The notes beneath the pieces were generated by a model. The model did no database searches and was not told the DNA's origin. It worked only from the letters and a program-made list of their open reading frames with translations. DNA of 64,000 nucleotides, from the IMG/VR virus record IMGVR_UViG_3300021963_000049, positions 32,001-96,000 of that record. The stretch is one strand, 5' to 3'. This stretch comes from a virus. The position numbers and the translations under genes were made by a program. Of this stretch, positions 10,320 to 20,638 are shown one piece after another (position 1 is the stretch's first letter; each line of letters begins with the position of its first letter).

Positions 10320-11489
10320 TTATTTTACAGCCATCTTCACCACGTCTTGGTTCATCATGAGCTGGCTAAACTTAACCTTATTACCATTGACTATCTCTTT
10401 GATCATATAATATCTCAAGTCATTGGTAAAAGCTTCACAGTCTGTAGTTAGCTTAGCAATTCTATCTATGATAGGCTTAGCTACTGAACCTTTCTCAGCC
10501 AAAGTCAAAGAATAATTTATGACCCTGGTTGCAATTACACTAGATATATCAGCCCGGAACTCATCATCTTTACCAACTGCATTGGTTAAAGAGTTCATTA
10601 CATACTGCTCATCCTTGGTCAAGATATCTTCTGGACTAATAATTCTATCCAGCTTATTGTTAATAAACATGGTAAACATAGAACTAAAATCTACTCCAAC
10701 TGAACCCTCACCAATCATTTGCACAAGAGGCAGGCTATCTTCAAACTTGCCAATAGAACTAATTGCATTGAAGAAAGTAGTAATAGATCTTGGATTAACT
10801 CTTTGATTTACCAGTTCTGGATGCATCAACATGAAGTTAATACATCTACCATCTATGCCAGCTTTCTCTGCCCACTTAGCCCAAACATCAGCATCATACT
10901 TTAACTCAACAGAAATAAATCTAGTCTTCTGAGCTACATCCAGAGAAGTTACATTATAATCACCATTGTCTGGATTAGTAGTCAAGATAACATGCCAGTT
11001 CTTTGGTAGCTTCCAAGAAACATATTCTTGTCTATCTAATATCTCCATAGTAGCTTGCATAAATCTATGGTCTGCCCTAGTATAATCATCAAGAATCAAG
11101 AATCCACCTTCTCCTTTCCCCTGAATCCATTCAGGAGCAGCATGTGACATTCTCTTTCCTATAACTTTATAACCTTTGCTAGTTGCTGCAGTTATCTGAG
11201 ATTCATTAATCCAAGTAGTCTTACCTTCTGCATTTTGTATTTCAAATTCTTTAACAGGAAACCCAACCAAGTCACCTAATTCTTCCAGCTGAGATAAATT
11301 CAGCTTAACTACTTGCATACCAAGTTCTTTACCCAATTGCATGATTGCAGAAGTTTTACCCAAACCAGCATCACCCTCAATATTAATTGCCACAGGAACT
11401 TTACCTTCCTTCTGAATGTGTTGGTTATTATTAACCATGTGCTTAATAAAGTTTTTTAACTCTTCTACATTTAATTGTACTTGATTCAT
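10320..11489 (-). CDS. MoxR-like AAA+ ATPase
   Basis: Walker A GDAGLGKT, Walker B LILDDY, sensor TTNP, LDVAQKTRF; paired with a vWA protein. Confidence 0.85.
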   Translation of the reverse strand: MNQVQLNVEELKNFIKHMVNNNQHIQKEGKVPVAINIEGDAGLGKTSAIMQLGKELGMQVVKLNLSQLEELGDLVGFPVKEFEIQNAEGKTTWINESQITAATSKGYKVIGKRMSHAAPEWIQGKGEGGFLILDDYTRADHRFMQATMEILDRQEYVSWKLPKNWHVILTTNPDNGDYNVTSLDVAQKTRFISVELKYDADVWAKWAEKAGIDGRCINFMLMHPELVNQRVNPRSITTFFNAISSIGKFEDSLPLVQMIGEGSVGVDFSSMFTMFINNKLDRIISPEDILTKDEQYVMNSLTNAVGKDDEFRADISSVIATRVINYSLTLAEKGSVAKPIIDRIAKLTTDCEAFTNDLRYYMIKEIVNGNKVKFSQLMMNQDVVKMAVK

Positions 11490-11500
11490 TTTTCTTTTTT

Positions 11501-12682
11501 TTATAGTTCTAACTTAATTACTTTGCCTGGTAAACTTTCATTCATATAGGATCTTTCTGATAAGACCCAAAGAACATTGCCTCTTGGCTTTACATCTGCA
11601 GTGCACTCACCATCAGTAAAATATACTAGGCTTGTATATTTTTTCAGGTTTGCATTATAATACTCAAGGACAGGATCAAATTCAGTCCCACCTCTACCAT
11701 TTACATTTATCTCATTCTTGCCTTTATATGGCTCAATAGATTTAATACTAGTATCACATTGTATAATAGTTATATCCACTCCAGCCTTATAAATATGATG
11801 AATCTCATTCATAAATTCTTTAAGTTCATCATTACTTACTGAACCTGAAGTATCTATGGCCAACAACATATGTTGTCTCATCTTAATCTTCAGACCTGGA
11901 TTGTCACTAAATCTGCGGTTCTCTTTTCTTCTGATCTTTTTGGTAAATACTTTTGTACTAATACCAGTAAACCTTCTAATAAAACCTCTCCAGTCAAATT
12001 TAGGCGGAACAATTTCTTCTATTATAATAACCCCTTCTATCTCTCCAGGAATAGTACCCCTTTTCTTTATAGTCTGTTCTTTAGCATCATTAAGAACTTT
12101 CTGTAGTTGTTTCTCTATAAGCTTCTGTTCTGCTTCTGTAAGATTCTCAAACTCTTCCCAGGTGCTATGATCAGGTATATTACCATTCTCTATGTCCTCT
12201 AGAAGTTTATCCATATTAGAGTCACCAGTGGTACCAGTTTTATCCTTTTCATCCTGAAGTTGATTCAGTTTGTCATAATAATATCTAGCACCGGCCTTTC
12301 TATCTAGTTGGATATCAGTATAATTATCTATGTCAATACCACCTTCTGGTAAATATTCTTTATCAATATACTGATTAATCTCCATATCCATAGCCACATT
12401 TGCAAGTCTTTTATTTGTAAACTTAAAAAATGTAGTCAGGTGTCCAAAAGCAATATGAAGTAACTCATGCTTCAATAATCCAAGTCTGTGCTCTTCACTA
12501 AGACTTTCCCAAAACTCCGGATTAATTGCAAGCTGATAGTTAATTCCATTCTTGCTTACACCAGCTGTGGGAACTCTTTTACCATCCCACAACTTATTGA
12601 GCATAATAAGAAAGAACCCATAATAGGGCTCTTTCAACATCAGCTCTTTACTTGTTTTACTAAGACTTTGCTGTTTATCCAT
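11501..12682 (-). CDS. Metallopeptidase-vWA protein (DUF2201-like)
   Basis: HELLH zincin motif; vWA MIDAS DTSGS, GRGGTEF, YFTDG. Confidence 0.88.
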   Translation of the reverse strand: MDKQQSLSKTSKELMLKEPYYGFFLIMLNKLWDGKRVPTAGVSKNGINYQLAINPEFWESLSEEHRLGLLKHELLHIAFGHLTTFFKFTNKRLANVAMDMEINQYIDKEYLPEGGIDIDNYTDIQLDRKAGARYYYDKLNQLQDEKDKTGTTGDSNMDKLLEDIENGNIPDHSTWEEFENLTEAEQKLIEKQLQKVLNDAKEQTIKKRGTIPGEIEGVIIIEEIVPPKFDWRGFIRRFTGISTKVFTKKIRRKENRRFSDNPGLKIKMRQHMLLAIDTSGSVSNDELKEFMNEIHHIYKAGVDITIIQCDTSIKSIEPYKGKNEINVNGRGGTEFDPVLEYYNANLKKYTSLVYFTDGECTADVKPRGNVLWVLSERSYMNESLPGKVIKLEL

Positions 12683-13067
12683 TGTCTTTTAGTGTTATGT
12701 TAATCTCAAAACTATCTGTTGGGTACCCAATTTGCTCAAGCATCTTGGTCATATCCCTTACAAAATACTCCATAAATAACTCTATTGAAGTCTTAGAACC
12801 TTTGTTTGCTGTTATCAAACTCAAAGTTGCTGGACTTGTTAAAGGCTTATCAGGCAGTATTTTAACTAATTTCTTATAAATAGGTAAGCAGTTTTTTTCC
12901 CAATATTTAATATCATGACTGCTATATTTGTACATTACAAGGATCTCTCCTACATAATCTTCAAACTTTACATTCTTAAGAGTTTCAAATGCTATGATAT
13001 GGTTATCTGCATCTGAAGACTTAAGCATATTAATCAGATTCTTTGTTTCTTCTTTGTTAAAAATCAT
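12675..13067 (-). CDS. Hypothetical protein
   Basis: 130 aa, overlapping neighbours; LINMLKSSDADNHIIA motif. Confidence 0.75.
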   Translation of the reverse strand: MIFNKEETKNLINMLKSSDADNHIIAFETLKNVKFEDYVGEILVMYKYSSHDIKYWEKNCLPIYKKLVKILPDKPLTSPATLSLITANKGSKTSIELFMEYFVRDMTKMLEQIGYPTDSFEINITLKDNG

Positions 13068-13396
13068 CAGTCTTCAATTTTGTGACCTAATACTTTTGTT
13101 ACATACTCTTTATATTCTGCTCTAGTTAATACATGTAGTCCTTCATATGTTTCACCTGCATCAAATATTTTCTTTACAGCATATAAAACATCAATGGTTT
13201 TCATATACATCTCACCCATAAATGATACCTCTCTATTAAAAAGAGAAGGATCTAATTCTAATGAAGTTATCTTCTTTTCTCCATCTTTTGTTATAGTAAG
13301 TGTCATTACTAATTCTGATTCATCAGGATTTGCTTCATTTGTGAAAACAACTCTAATTTTTTCATTTTTTAATTCAACTTCTTTTACATTTTCCAT
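13067..13396 (-). CDS. Hypothetical protein flanked by 17-bp direct repeats
   Basis: 109 aa, stop/start-coupled on both sides. Confidence 0.7.
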   Translation of the reverse strand: MENVKEVELKNEKIRVVFTNEANPDESELVMTLTITKDGEKKITSLELDPSLFNREVSFMGEMYMKTIDVLYAVKKIFDAGETYEGLHVLTRAEYKEYVTKVLGHKIED

Positions 13397-13743
13397 TAGT
13401 CTTCAATTTTAAGTGTTTTAATCATCCATTCTTCAGGTTTGCCAGACTCTAAAGCCTTTACCCATTCTTTTGCACTAGGAATATATCCAAAGCAATCTTC
13501 TTTAACATGCTGTTCACCAATATATCTTGTGTATACAGTTTTTCCTACAGAGTTTACAAAACTAACTCCAAAGACTCTTTCCAATTCAAATATACCTTCA
13601 CTATGGTGTCTAAACATTCTATGTTTACTGTGCCCAATCCAACTTTTAGTTTCATCAAACCACTCATGGTACTTTAAGTACTCTTCAGGTTCTCCACCAA
13701 ATTTCTTAGAAGAGCTTCTACTGTGATCCCAAGGATGTGCCAT
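13396..13743 (-). CDS. DUF6915-like protein
   Basis: MAHPWDHSRSS.KKFGG...HEWFDETK...HRMFRHHSEG...EQHVKED signature. Confidence 0.75.
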   Translation of the reverse strand: MAHPWDHSRSSSKKFGGEPEEYLKYHEWFDETKSWIGHSKHRMFRHHSEGIFELERVFGVSFVNSVGKTVYTRYIGEQHVKEDCFGYIPSAKEWVKALESGKPEEWMIKTLKIED

Positions 13744-13913
13744 TATATACTATCTAAATAATCTAACATATTACCTCTAGCATTATTAAAGCCTTCTGCT
13801 CTAGCATCATCACATAACTCTTCTACTCTTGTTATTATTTCTTCTTTTAACTCATCTGTTAATGTTTGAAGGTCCAAACCTTCAATCCATTCATTAAATT
13901 CATCTATATTCAT
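13743..13913 (-). CDS. Small acidic protein (56 aa, MNIDEFNEWIEGL...)
   Basis: Read by hand; exactly fills the gap with TAATG overlaps on both sides. Confidence 0.7.
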   Translation of the reverse strand: MNIDEFNEWIEGLDLQTLTDELKEEIITRVEELCDDARAEGFNNARGNMLDYLDSI

Positions 13914-14314
13914 TAGTCTGCAGATTTTTCTATTAAACTTCCTTCATGCTGATAATCCTCTGTGTTATAATATCTAACATGATTCTCAATTATATACTTA
14001 CCAGATGGTACACAAATACATAAATCACCAAAACCACCTTCATTATTCCACCAGTCTTCTATATCATCAAGAATTTTATATGCAAAGGTTTCTATTGCTG
14101 CATATGCTTCTTGATCTAAATCTGCAAGACTATTCTCATGACCCCATGATTCAGTTTTATCATCTACATCTTCTGGAGTTTCACAAGGTTCAGCTGTATA
14201 GTTTATTGATTCTATGGCACCGGAGTCTCCTCCACCATCATAATGTATCTTAATACCAGTAACACCAAGGTCAGCCAACTTCAAGAGAAGGCTTGTCATT
14301 TCTAATTCTGTCAT
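13913..14314 (-). CDS. DUF6878-like protein
   Basis: IHYDGGGDSGAIE and DWWNNEGGFG motifs; commonly paired with DUF6915. Confidence 0.75.
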   Translation of the reverse strand: MTELEMTSLLLKLADLGVTGIKIHYDGGGDSGAIESINYTAEPCETPEDVDDKTESWGHENSLADLDQEAYAAIETFAYKILDDIEDWWNNEGGFGDLCICVPSGKYIIENHVRYYNTEDYQHEGSLIEKSAD

Positions 14315-14315
14315 A

Positions 14316-14741
14316 TCATTTTGTTTTATAGAAGCGGCCTAAAATATTTCCATTAAGAAACACTTCTTTCTCAAGCACTTCATATTTGAATTGATGTTTT
14401 ACTTCTTGGTATGTTAACTCCATCTGGGAGTAACATATTCTAAGAATTACTCTGTTAATCACAACACCTGCTTTATGGGCATCTTTTAAGATCTTATTAC
14501 TACTGTAATATCTCATAAAATCAGGTTTAAGCTCTCTTACATATTTCTTTAGTCTTTTGTCTGTTGACATAGCCAAAGCTTTTTTACCAAGAGGTCTTTT
14601 AATATTAGCAAAGAAGTTCTTCTTGCCAATATATGCTACAGACTTACCATCTATGATAGCAGTCATAATATAGATGAACCCTACACCTCCTTCAGGTATA
14701 TCACCTTCAGTAAATTCTTTACCTTGATATATCCAACTCAT
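14316..14741 (-). CDS. GIY-YIG-like nuclease
   Basis: GFIYIM...AYIGKK, YYSSN, LTYQEVK and NGNILG motifs. Confidence 0.7.
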   Translation of the reverse strand: MSWIYQGKEFTEGDIPEGGVGFIYIMTAIIDGKSVAYIGKKNFFANIKRPLGKKALAMSTDKRLKKYVRELKPDFMRYYSSNKILKDAHKAGVVINRVILRICYSQMELTYQEVKHQFKYEVLEKEVFLNGNILGRFYKTK

Positions 14742-15718
14742 AATGCTTGTTTTAATAATGGAAATAATTTATCTCTTACAGCTTCAACACCAAAGTCTTT
14801 TACTGAATCAGATAGATCTTTAGACATATCCAGAATTATTTTATTAATTCCATACTTGTCCTTATATCTATCAGCAGCTTTTATACCTGGTTCATCATTA
14901 TCAAACAGGACAATGATTTTGCTATACTTTGGAAATAACTTATTCATTGTAGTTTCTCCAATCATTGTATTCTCACTATCTGGAGCAATACACTCTATAT
15001 TCCCTATGTTAAGCTTTGTAAAAGCCATAAGATCTTTAAGAGAAGATACAATTAGTAAATACTTTTTCTCATAAGTTAACTGGTCAATACCTTGAGTATA
15101 GTTATGGACTTTAATAAACTTTTTATCTGGATTCTTTGGAAGATAAATCTTAAACAACTCACCATCATCTCTAAAGTAACCATACATGTATGGCTTAGAG
15201 AATCTAAATGAAGTTATAGTACCATCTTCTTCCCGCTTCTCCATTATAAAATAACTAAGTGGAGAAACATTATATTTTTCCAGAATAGAAGACCCAATCT
15301 TATAACTCAACCAATACTTCTGATCTAGATTATTCCAGTGTCTAATTTCATGGTCTACTACTTTAAATTTATCATGAGACTTAATCTCCGGCCTTTCTGC
15401 TGTAGTATTATGTTTTAAATACTCTTCATAGTCAGAAATAACTTTCTTAGCAGCAGCATCTCTATTGGCCATGTTAAACATAAACTTTACCAACTCAATA
15501 CCATCTCCCTGAAAACCAGAGGAAAAATCTTTAAACTTATAAGAGTTACTGTTATCTGTATAGATAAACATAGAAGGAACTTTGTCCTTAGAATTAAATA
15601 CAGATAGTATTTTTACATTTTGACCAGTAAGATTTTCTTTTAAACCTAAATAATATTCAAATATCCAAGTGCTTGGAACATCAAATATATTACTTACATA
15701 AATTCTAGTAGAAATCAT
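14738..15718 (-). CDS. DNA primase (Toprim, crAss-like)
   Basis: KFKDFSSG N-terminal domain; Toprim SSLKD, VLFDNDEPG, KDLSD. Confidence 0.88.
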   Translation of the reverse strand: MISTRIYVSNIFDVPSTWIFEYYLGLKENLTGQNVKILSVFNSKDKVPSMFIYTDNSNSYKFKDFSSGFQGDGIELVKFMFNMANRDAAAKKVISDYEEYLKHNTTAERPEIKSHDKFKVVDHEIRHWNNLDQKYWLSYKIGSSILEKYNVSPLSYFIMEKREEDGTITSFRFSKPYMYGYFRDDGELFKIYLPKNPDKKFIKVHNYTQGIDQLTYEKKYLLIVSSLKDLMAFTKLNIGNIECIAPDSENTMIGETTMNKLFPKYSKIIVLFDNDEPGIKAADRYKDKYGINKIILDMSKDLSDSVKDFGVEAVRDKLFPLLKQAL

Positions 15719-15737
15719 AACACCTAAATTAAAATAT

Positions 15738-15768
15738 TAAGGGGGAAACTTTTCTGATTCCCCCTTAA
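15738..15768 (-). terminator. Hairpin, probable terminator
   Basis: TAAGGGGGAA...TTCCCCCTTA inverted repeat in the intergenic gap. Confidence 0.6.
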
Positions 15769-15774
15769 CTATCA

Positions 15775-16458
15775 CTAGTCTAGGTCAAAATCAGAACCAA
15801 CTTTCTTTGGAAGTGATAAATCATCATCCTCCCCAAACTGTTTAACTTCAGTTACTTCAGCTTTCTTAAGGTGTGTAGCCTCAACATAAGTAACTACTTT
15901 ATCAGAACCTTTTTCAGCAAAAGCATATTTCCCTTTATCAGATTTTGGTAAATACATGTCATAGTTTGTATAACCAGTCTTGCTAATATATTCTTTACCA
16001 GCCACACAGAATTCTATATATTTATCTTTAAAAGGAGCAGATCTATTAAATTCTTTTATAAGATCTTCAATAGTATCATGAACATTATCTTGCTCAATAA
16101 ACCAATCATTTATTCCAAGAGTCTTACACAAGTTCTGCATAAAGATCATAATAGATCTATCTCTCTGAATTTTAATTCCAGATTTAGTCTCACCATCAGC
16201 AAATGCATATTGGCTAGCTTTTACTCTACCAATCTGACCTGCATAATGTCCAGCATCAGGATTATCTTTATCAAGCATAAAACCTTCAAATCCATCAATT
16301 GGTTCTGTTTCCACATTAAGAATTAAATGTAGAGCTCCAGGTATAAACTGATATTCTTCTAGTTGTATGCTATTAATTTTTAATGCATGGTTTCCTGGTG
16401 AAATTGTTTTTGGTAATCCTGAGCCTCCTGTGCCCAAATCTGTTGTACTTAAACCCAT
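15775..16458 (-). CDS. Putative single-stranded DNA-binding protein
   Basis: Lies between Sak4-like ATPase and primase; acidic C-terminal tail (EDDDL...DFDLD). Confidence 0.55.
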   Translation of the reverse strand: MGLSTTDLGTGGSGLPKTISPGNHALKINSIQLEEYQFIPGALHLILNVETEPIDGFEGFMLDKDNPDAGHYAGQIGRVKASQYAFADGETKSGIKIQRDRSIMIFMQNLCKTLGINDWFIEQDNVHDTIEDLIKEFNRSAPFKDKYIEFCVAGKEYISKTGYTNYDMYLPKSDKGKYAFAEKGSDKVVTYVEATHLKKAEVTEVKQFGEDDDLSLPKKVGSDFDLD

Positions 16459-16476
16459 TTTTTTACTTTTTAATTA

Positions 16477-17196
16477 TTATATAAACACTTTGTCCCAACT
16501 GGTTGTTAGAACATTATCTACCATTTCAGATACTACTATCTCTTCATTTCTCAAATGCTCTGGTCTTGCACCACAGGTAACTTCTTCATTAGTTTTAAAA
16601 CTAAGAATAGTTTTGTTTCCCTTGCGGTACATGTAGCCAATTGCATCTGCATTTGCACAGATCAAAGATCTTATTTTACCTGTCAAATCTATATTAGCAG
16701 ACATTACAAGTTCACCTTTATCATCAACTTGTTTGTCTTTAATATGCCCTGATAAAATAATTGTGGGTGCTAATGTATCAATAAAATCCAATACCTGAAA
16801 AAATGCTTGCCTAATATATAAATATCCGGCACCATTAGGTAAGGTTACTACAGTATCCCCATCAAAGTTTTTACCCATTGGAGTTTGACGGTAAAGTTTT
16901 ATAGCTAAAGGCATTATCATTTCTTCTAATGCAGTTACAGTATCTACTGTAATAAACTTATAAGGTTTACCAGCTTCTTTAATAGCTTTACCAACATCTA
17001 GTAATTCTTGAAGACTTCCAATTTTAACCTTCAATGCATCCACATATTCAGTACCATTTTCTAAATCAAGAATCAGATTGTTGTCTAGACCAGCAAATGC
17101 TGTTGTCTTACCAGTTTTTGGCTTAGAATAAATCACAATTCTTTTAGGATTTACTCTTTCTGCCTTTACTTTACTTGTTGGAAGAACTATACTCAT
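16477..17196 (-). CDS. Sak4-like/AAA_24 ATPase (ssDNA annealing)
   Basis: YSKPKTGKTT, LDLENG, VDTVT, NGAGY, ADAIGY motifs. Confidence 0.85.
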   Translation of the reverse strand: MSIVLPTSKVKAERVNPKRIVIYSKPKTGKTTAFAGLDNNLILDLENGTEYVDALKVKIGSLQELLDVGKAIKEAGKPYKFITVDTVTALEEMIMPLAIKLYRQTPMGKNFDGDTVVTLPNGAGYLYIRQAFFQVLDFIDTLAPTIILSGHIKDKQVDDKGELVMSANIDLTGKIRSLICANADAIGYMYRKGNKTILSFKTNEEVTCGARPEHLRNEEIVVSEMVDNVLTTSWDKVFI

Positions 17197-17837
17197 ATTT
17201 CACTTTTTGTTTGTTTGATTAACTCATTCAACCAAGGTCTTGTACTTACTGGCTTAATTAGCATAATAGCTGCAAGATCCCGGATTGTAATCTCAGACAA
17301 AGGAGCATCTTCAGCATCTAAACTAGGAGCTTCTACTTCTGTTTTAGGAGCAAACTGTTCTTCAAAGTCTGGAAAAACTGAAAGTTTATTCTGTAATTTA
17401 GGCAACTCAGCTTCTTTTTCAGCTTTTCTTTTCTCATAAAGATTATAAGTTATCTCACTTCCATCAGTCATAATAGCTGTAAGCTCACTTACTGGAACTG
17501 TAAAGGAAGAATAGGGATCACCTTTTGCACTTATACCTTCTTTCTTTTCATACTCTTCCTGAAAATAAGGATTGTACTTGTACTTAAATAACTGCCTATC
17601 CTCTAACATAGGTACTACATCTTTAACACCATTAACTTCTATGTTATCATAGAACTCAACATAAAGATCTTCACCCTTTGCAAGCTCAGACTCAAAGAAT
17701 AATACTTGTCTTCCAAACTTACCTTTTTGATAAAATGCAGTTTTAATTAGAAAACAAGGATCTGCAAGTCCCAACTTTCTAAAAGTTTCCATGTGTTGTA
17801 CAAAGAAATCTTTTTCTTTTTCTTTTCTCATTGTCAT
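17193..17837 (-). CDS. Hypothetical protein
   Basis: 214-aa ORF in the replication operon. Confidence 0.8.
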   Translation of the reverse strand: MTMRKEKEKDFFVQHMETFRKLGLADPCFLIKTAFYQKGKFGRQVLFFESELAKGEDLYVEFYDNIEVNGVKDVVPMLEDRQLFKYKYNPYFQEEYEKKEGISAKGDPYSSFTVPVSELTAIMTDGSEITYNLYEKRKAEKEAELPKLQNKLSVFPDFEEQFAPKTEVEAPSLDAEDAPLSEITIRDLAAIMLIKPVSTRPWLNELIKQTKSEI

Positions 17838-17840
17838 AAT

Positions 17841-18836
17841 TTAAATTTTAATTTTTGTACCTGCTTGTGCTGGTGGGTCAATTTCTATAATTCTCATTGT
17901 ATCTCTGTCCAACTTGAAAAAACTAATTCTGGTGGTGCCATTTCTTGACTTCAGAAAGTGAAATACTAAAATGTCCTCATCATGAATAATAAATTTTTCA
18001 GGGCCATAGTGTCTAATCTTCCTTATAGAAGGTTTGTTAATACCCATAACCACATCAGCATGCTGTAATAAAGCATCAGAACCATATATATCAGAATCTA
18101 ATACATAATTACCATATTCACCATCTCTTGATCTTTCTGGAGCATCAATATTTCTATTTAATTGGCTTAGGACTAAAAAGGCCACGGGATAGTGCTTCTT
18201 CATGTGAGTCAATGCTTCACCTAATGCACCTAACATATCAAATTTATCCTTTTGCCCTTTAGCCAACCTAAATAATGCAGAGTGATCTATAGTTACAAGC
18301 ATGTTAGTATACTTTCCATCTTTCTTGTGTTTCTCCATTTGATAATGGATAGTTGCACACATTTCATCTACTGTACATGCATCATAAACCACATCCACAA
18401 AATCTGTTGCTTCAGTTTTTTGATAATAATCTACACATTTCTGGAAGATTGTCTTATCAACAAGCTGGTTCTTACTCATTAATGTATTGTAATCAGCACC
18501 TGTAATCAGACTAAATTTTCTTATTCCACTGGTTTCATCAACCATTTCCATTTGGAACTTAAGTATTCTATATTCTTGATCAGTATTTAGTTCTATAATA
18601 TCACTAATTAACTGCTCCATGAATAAAGTCTTACCAGTTCCTGGTCTAGCACCTACTACAGTGATAGTTCTCCATTCTAATCCATCACAAAAGGCATCAT
18701 TAAATTTTGGCCAGACACTTTTGAGTACTTTTAACTCACCGTTTCTTTTTGCTTTCATCTTTAAGAGTCCCTTCTTTAGAGCATCTCTTTCACTGACCGG
18801 TAGTAAAGGTCTAGCATTATTAAATAATTCTGCCAT
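17841..18836 (-). CDS. DnaB-like replicative helicase
   Basis: GARPGTGKT, FQMEM, IDH, LSQLNR, SDIYGSDALLQHADVV, KSRNG. Confidence 0.92.
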   Translation of the reverse strand: MAELFNNARPLLPVSERDALKKGLLKMKAKRNGELKVLKSVWPKFNDAFCDGLEWRTITVVGARPGTGKTLFMEQLISDIIELNTDQEYRILKFQMEMVDETSGIRKFSLITGADYNTLMSKNQLVDKTIFQKCVDYYQKTEATDFVDVVYDACTVDEMCATIHYQMEKHKKDGKYTNMLVTIDHSALFRLAKGQKDKFDMLGALGEALTHMKKHYPVAFLVLSQLNRNIDAPERSRDGEYGNYVLDSDIYGSDALLQHADVVMGINKPSIRKIRHYGPEKFIIHDEDILVFHFLKSRNGTTRISFFKLDRDTMRIIEIDPPAQAGTKIKI

Positions 18837-18837
18837 A

Positions 18838-19020
18838 TTATTCTGGATTTACATTATTAATTCTTTCCTTACCTATATTATATATCTCATGAAATATTGA
18901 AATAACAAGTTCAATTACTATAAATTGCCATAGTGCCATATTTACAATAAAAAGATCAGTTATGTAATAGCCCAAGAGAGTACCAATAATAGCAAGAAAG
19001 AGTAGTCTTACTCTTGTCAT
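18838..19020 (-). CDS. Small membrane protein
   Basis: 60 aa with two hydrophobic segments. Confidence 0.65.
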   Translation of the reverse strand: MTRVRLLFLAIIGTLLGYYITDLFIVNMALWQFIVIELVISIFHEIYNIGKERINNVNPE

Positions 19021-19604
19021 ACAATTCTCTCTTTAAAATATACCTGATGGTCATCAGGATTTGATGTAATAAGTTCACAATAATTTGCTAAATCAGATTC
19101 AAAACTTTTATCAGTATTCTGTTTTCTTAAAAAGTACTGAGATGTCCTCATGTAGTCAAAGTTTCTAACTTCATACTCACCAACATACCTCTCAGTAGCT
19201 TTTATTATTATATCCCAATCATAATCATAATTTTCAAAGAACCATCTAAAGGCAACTTCTAGATTCTTAGGAGTAGTTCTTGCATATTTTCCAGAGGACA
19301 GTTTCCTATTAGGAAATATATTCACATACTCCTGTATTTTTTGCAGAAAATCTGCACCCATTAAATCTTTAGAAGTTTTCTTTTTGCTTTTCTTGAAATA
19401 ACCATTTATTTCTTCAATAAAGATAAGACTTTTGCTTGTTAATTGCAAATCTTCTGTCAACCAACCTTCAGTTTGCAGCCTTTTGCATTCAAGTTCTTTG
19501 TTCACAAATTTATATGGAACTGTTTTCTCCCGGATGCAATGCAACACATAATAAGTATTTGGTGTTAGTCCTTCTTGAACCAGCCTTGTAAATATATCTG
19601 TCAT
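19017..19604 (-). CDS. Hypothetical protein, possible replication initiator/helicase loader
   Basis: 195 aa upstream of DnaB with a wHTH-like N-terminus; function inferred from context only. Confidence 0.55.
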   Translation of the reverse strand: MTDIFTRLVQEGLTPNTYYVLHCIREKTVPYKFVNKELECKRLQTEGWLTEDLQLTSKSLIFIEEINGYFKKSKKKTSKDLMGADFLQKIQEYVNIFPNRKLSSGKYARTTPKNLEVAFRWFFENYDYDWDIIIKATERYVGEYEVRNFDYMRTSQYFLRKQNTDKSFESDLANYCELITSNPDDHQVYFKERIV

Positions 19605-19605
19605 A

Positions 19606-20301
19606 CTACCAAGTTATGTTTTTATACTTTTGAATATCTATAAATAAATTATTAGAGTTCCATTTGGATCCGCTATATGCTGCACTTGCAGGATGCTTTA
19701 CAAAAAACTTAGTGTTATTTGTTTCATCTATTATCTCAGACCACTCTTCTGCCTTTTTACCCATAAATACATATACCAGTCCTGGGTTATAATTATTCAG
19801 CCAGTCTAGTAAATAAGCAGTAAAAGGCTTCCATATATCATAATGGCTACCAATTTTATTTACTTCAGTTGTAAGAGCTGTATTAAGCATCAGTATACCC
19901 TGATTAGACCATCTTTTAAGATCTACATCTTTTGTAACTTCATGCCCATTATACAGTGTCCTATTTATTTCTTCAAAAATATATCTAAGACTTGGCTGTA
20001 ATCTATTAGTATTACTACAGCTAAATGCTATTCCATCAGCTACTCCAATTTGAGGATAAGGATCTTGACCAACCATAACTAATTGTAGTTTATTATATGG
20101 ACATTCTTCAAAGGCCCTAAATACTTGTTTTAATGGTGGTGTAAACCTTTTGTCAGCTTCAGTTAAATTCCAAAGTTTAGTAAGTATCTCATCAAAGTCA
20201 TTACTAAATATAAAAGATTTAAAAACTCTGCTCCAACCACTTGGCTCTAGCTTTTCAAACATTTTTTGTTTAATCAGTTCAAGATCTAAATTTTGTTTCA
20301 T
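19606..20301 (-). CDS. ung: Uracil-DNA glycosylase (family 1)
   Basis: GQDPY, GIAFS, QPSLR, QGILMLN, HPAS motifs. Confidence 0.95.
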   Translation of the reverse strand: MKQNLDLELIKQKMFEKLEPSGWSRVFKSFIFSNDFDEILTKLWNLTEADKRFTPPLKQVFRAFEECPYNKLQLVMVGQDPYPQIGVADGIAFSCSNTNRLQPSLRYIFEEINRTLYNGHEVTKDVDLKRWSNQGILMLNTALTTEVNKIGSHYDIWKPFTAYLLDWLNNYNPGLVYVFMGKKAEEWSEIIDETNNTKFFVKHPASAAYSGSKWNSNNLFIDIQKYKNITW

Positions 20302-20308
20302 ACATTTG
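20301..20308 (+). promoter_or_regulatory. Bacteroidota-type -7 element (TACATTTG) for the lone + strand gene
   Basis: TAnnTTTG 15 nt upstream of ATG 20324. Confidence 0.55.
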
Positions 20309-20323
20309 TTTTAAAAATTAATT

Positions 20324-20638
20324 ATGGCTATCAAAGTAAAAGAGATGAAAGATGATGCTATTGTTAACATACCAGTTAATAAGAGCTATTATCTAATGAT
20401 GAAAGGTTTATCCTATTATCTATTTACTTATATGGGTAAAGTAGAAAATCCTGATGAATATCTCAAAGATACTTTAAGTAAAAAATATCAAGACCTTGAT
20501 GACCTCCAAAAATCTTTTTATACTGTAGCTTTATTTCTTGGACAGGTTGAACAACAAACAAGAGATGAAGAAAAATACATAGAAAAAGAAATATTAGAGC
20601 CTGGGGATGAAGGATACATTCCACCTAAGCAAGATTAA
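20324..20638 (+). CDS. Hypothetical protein oriented against the surrounding operon
   Basis: 104 aa fills the gap between - strand genes; has its own promoter element and an A-rich leader. Confidence 0.75.
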   Translation: MAIKVKEMKDDAIVNIPVNKSYYLMMKGLSYYLFTYMGKVENPDEYLKDTLSKKYQDLDDLQKSFYTVALFLGQVEQQTRDEEKYIEKEILEPGDEGYIPPKQD

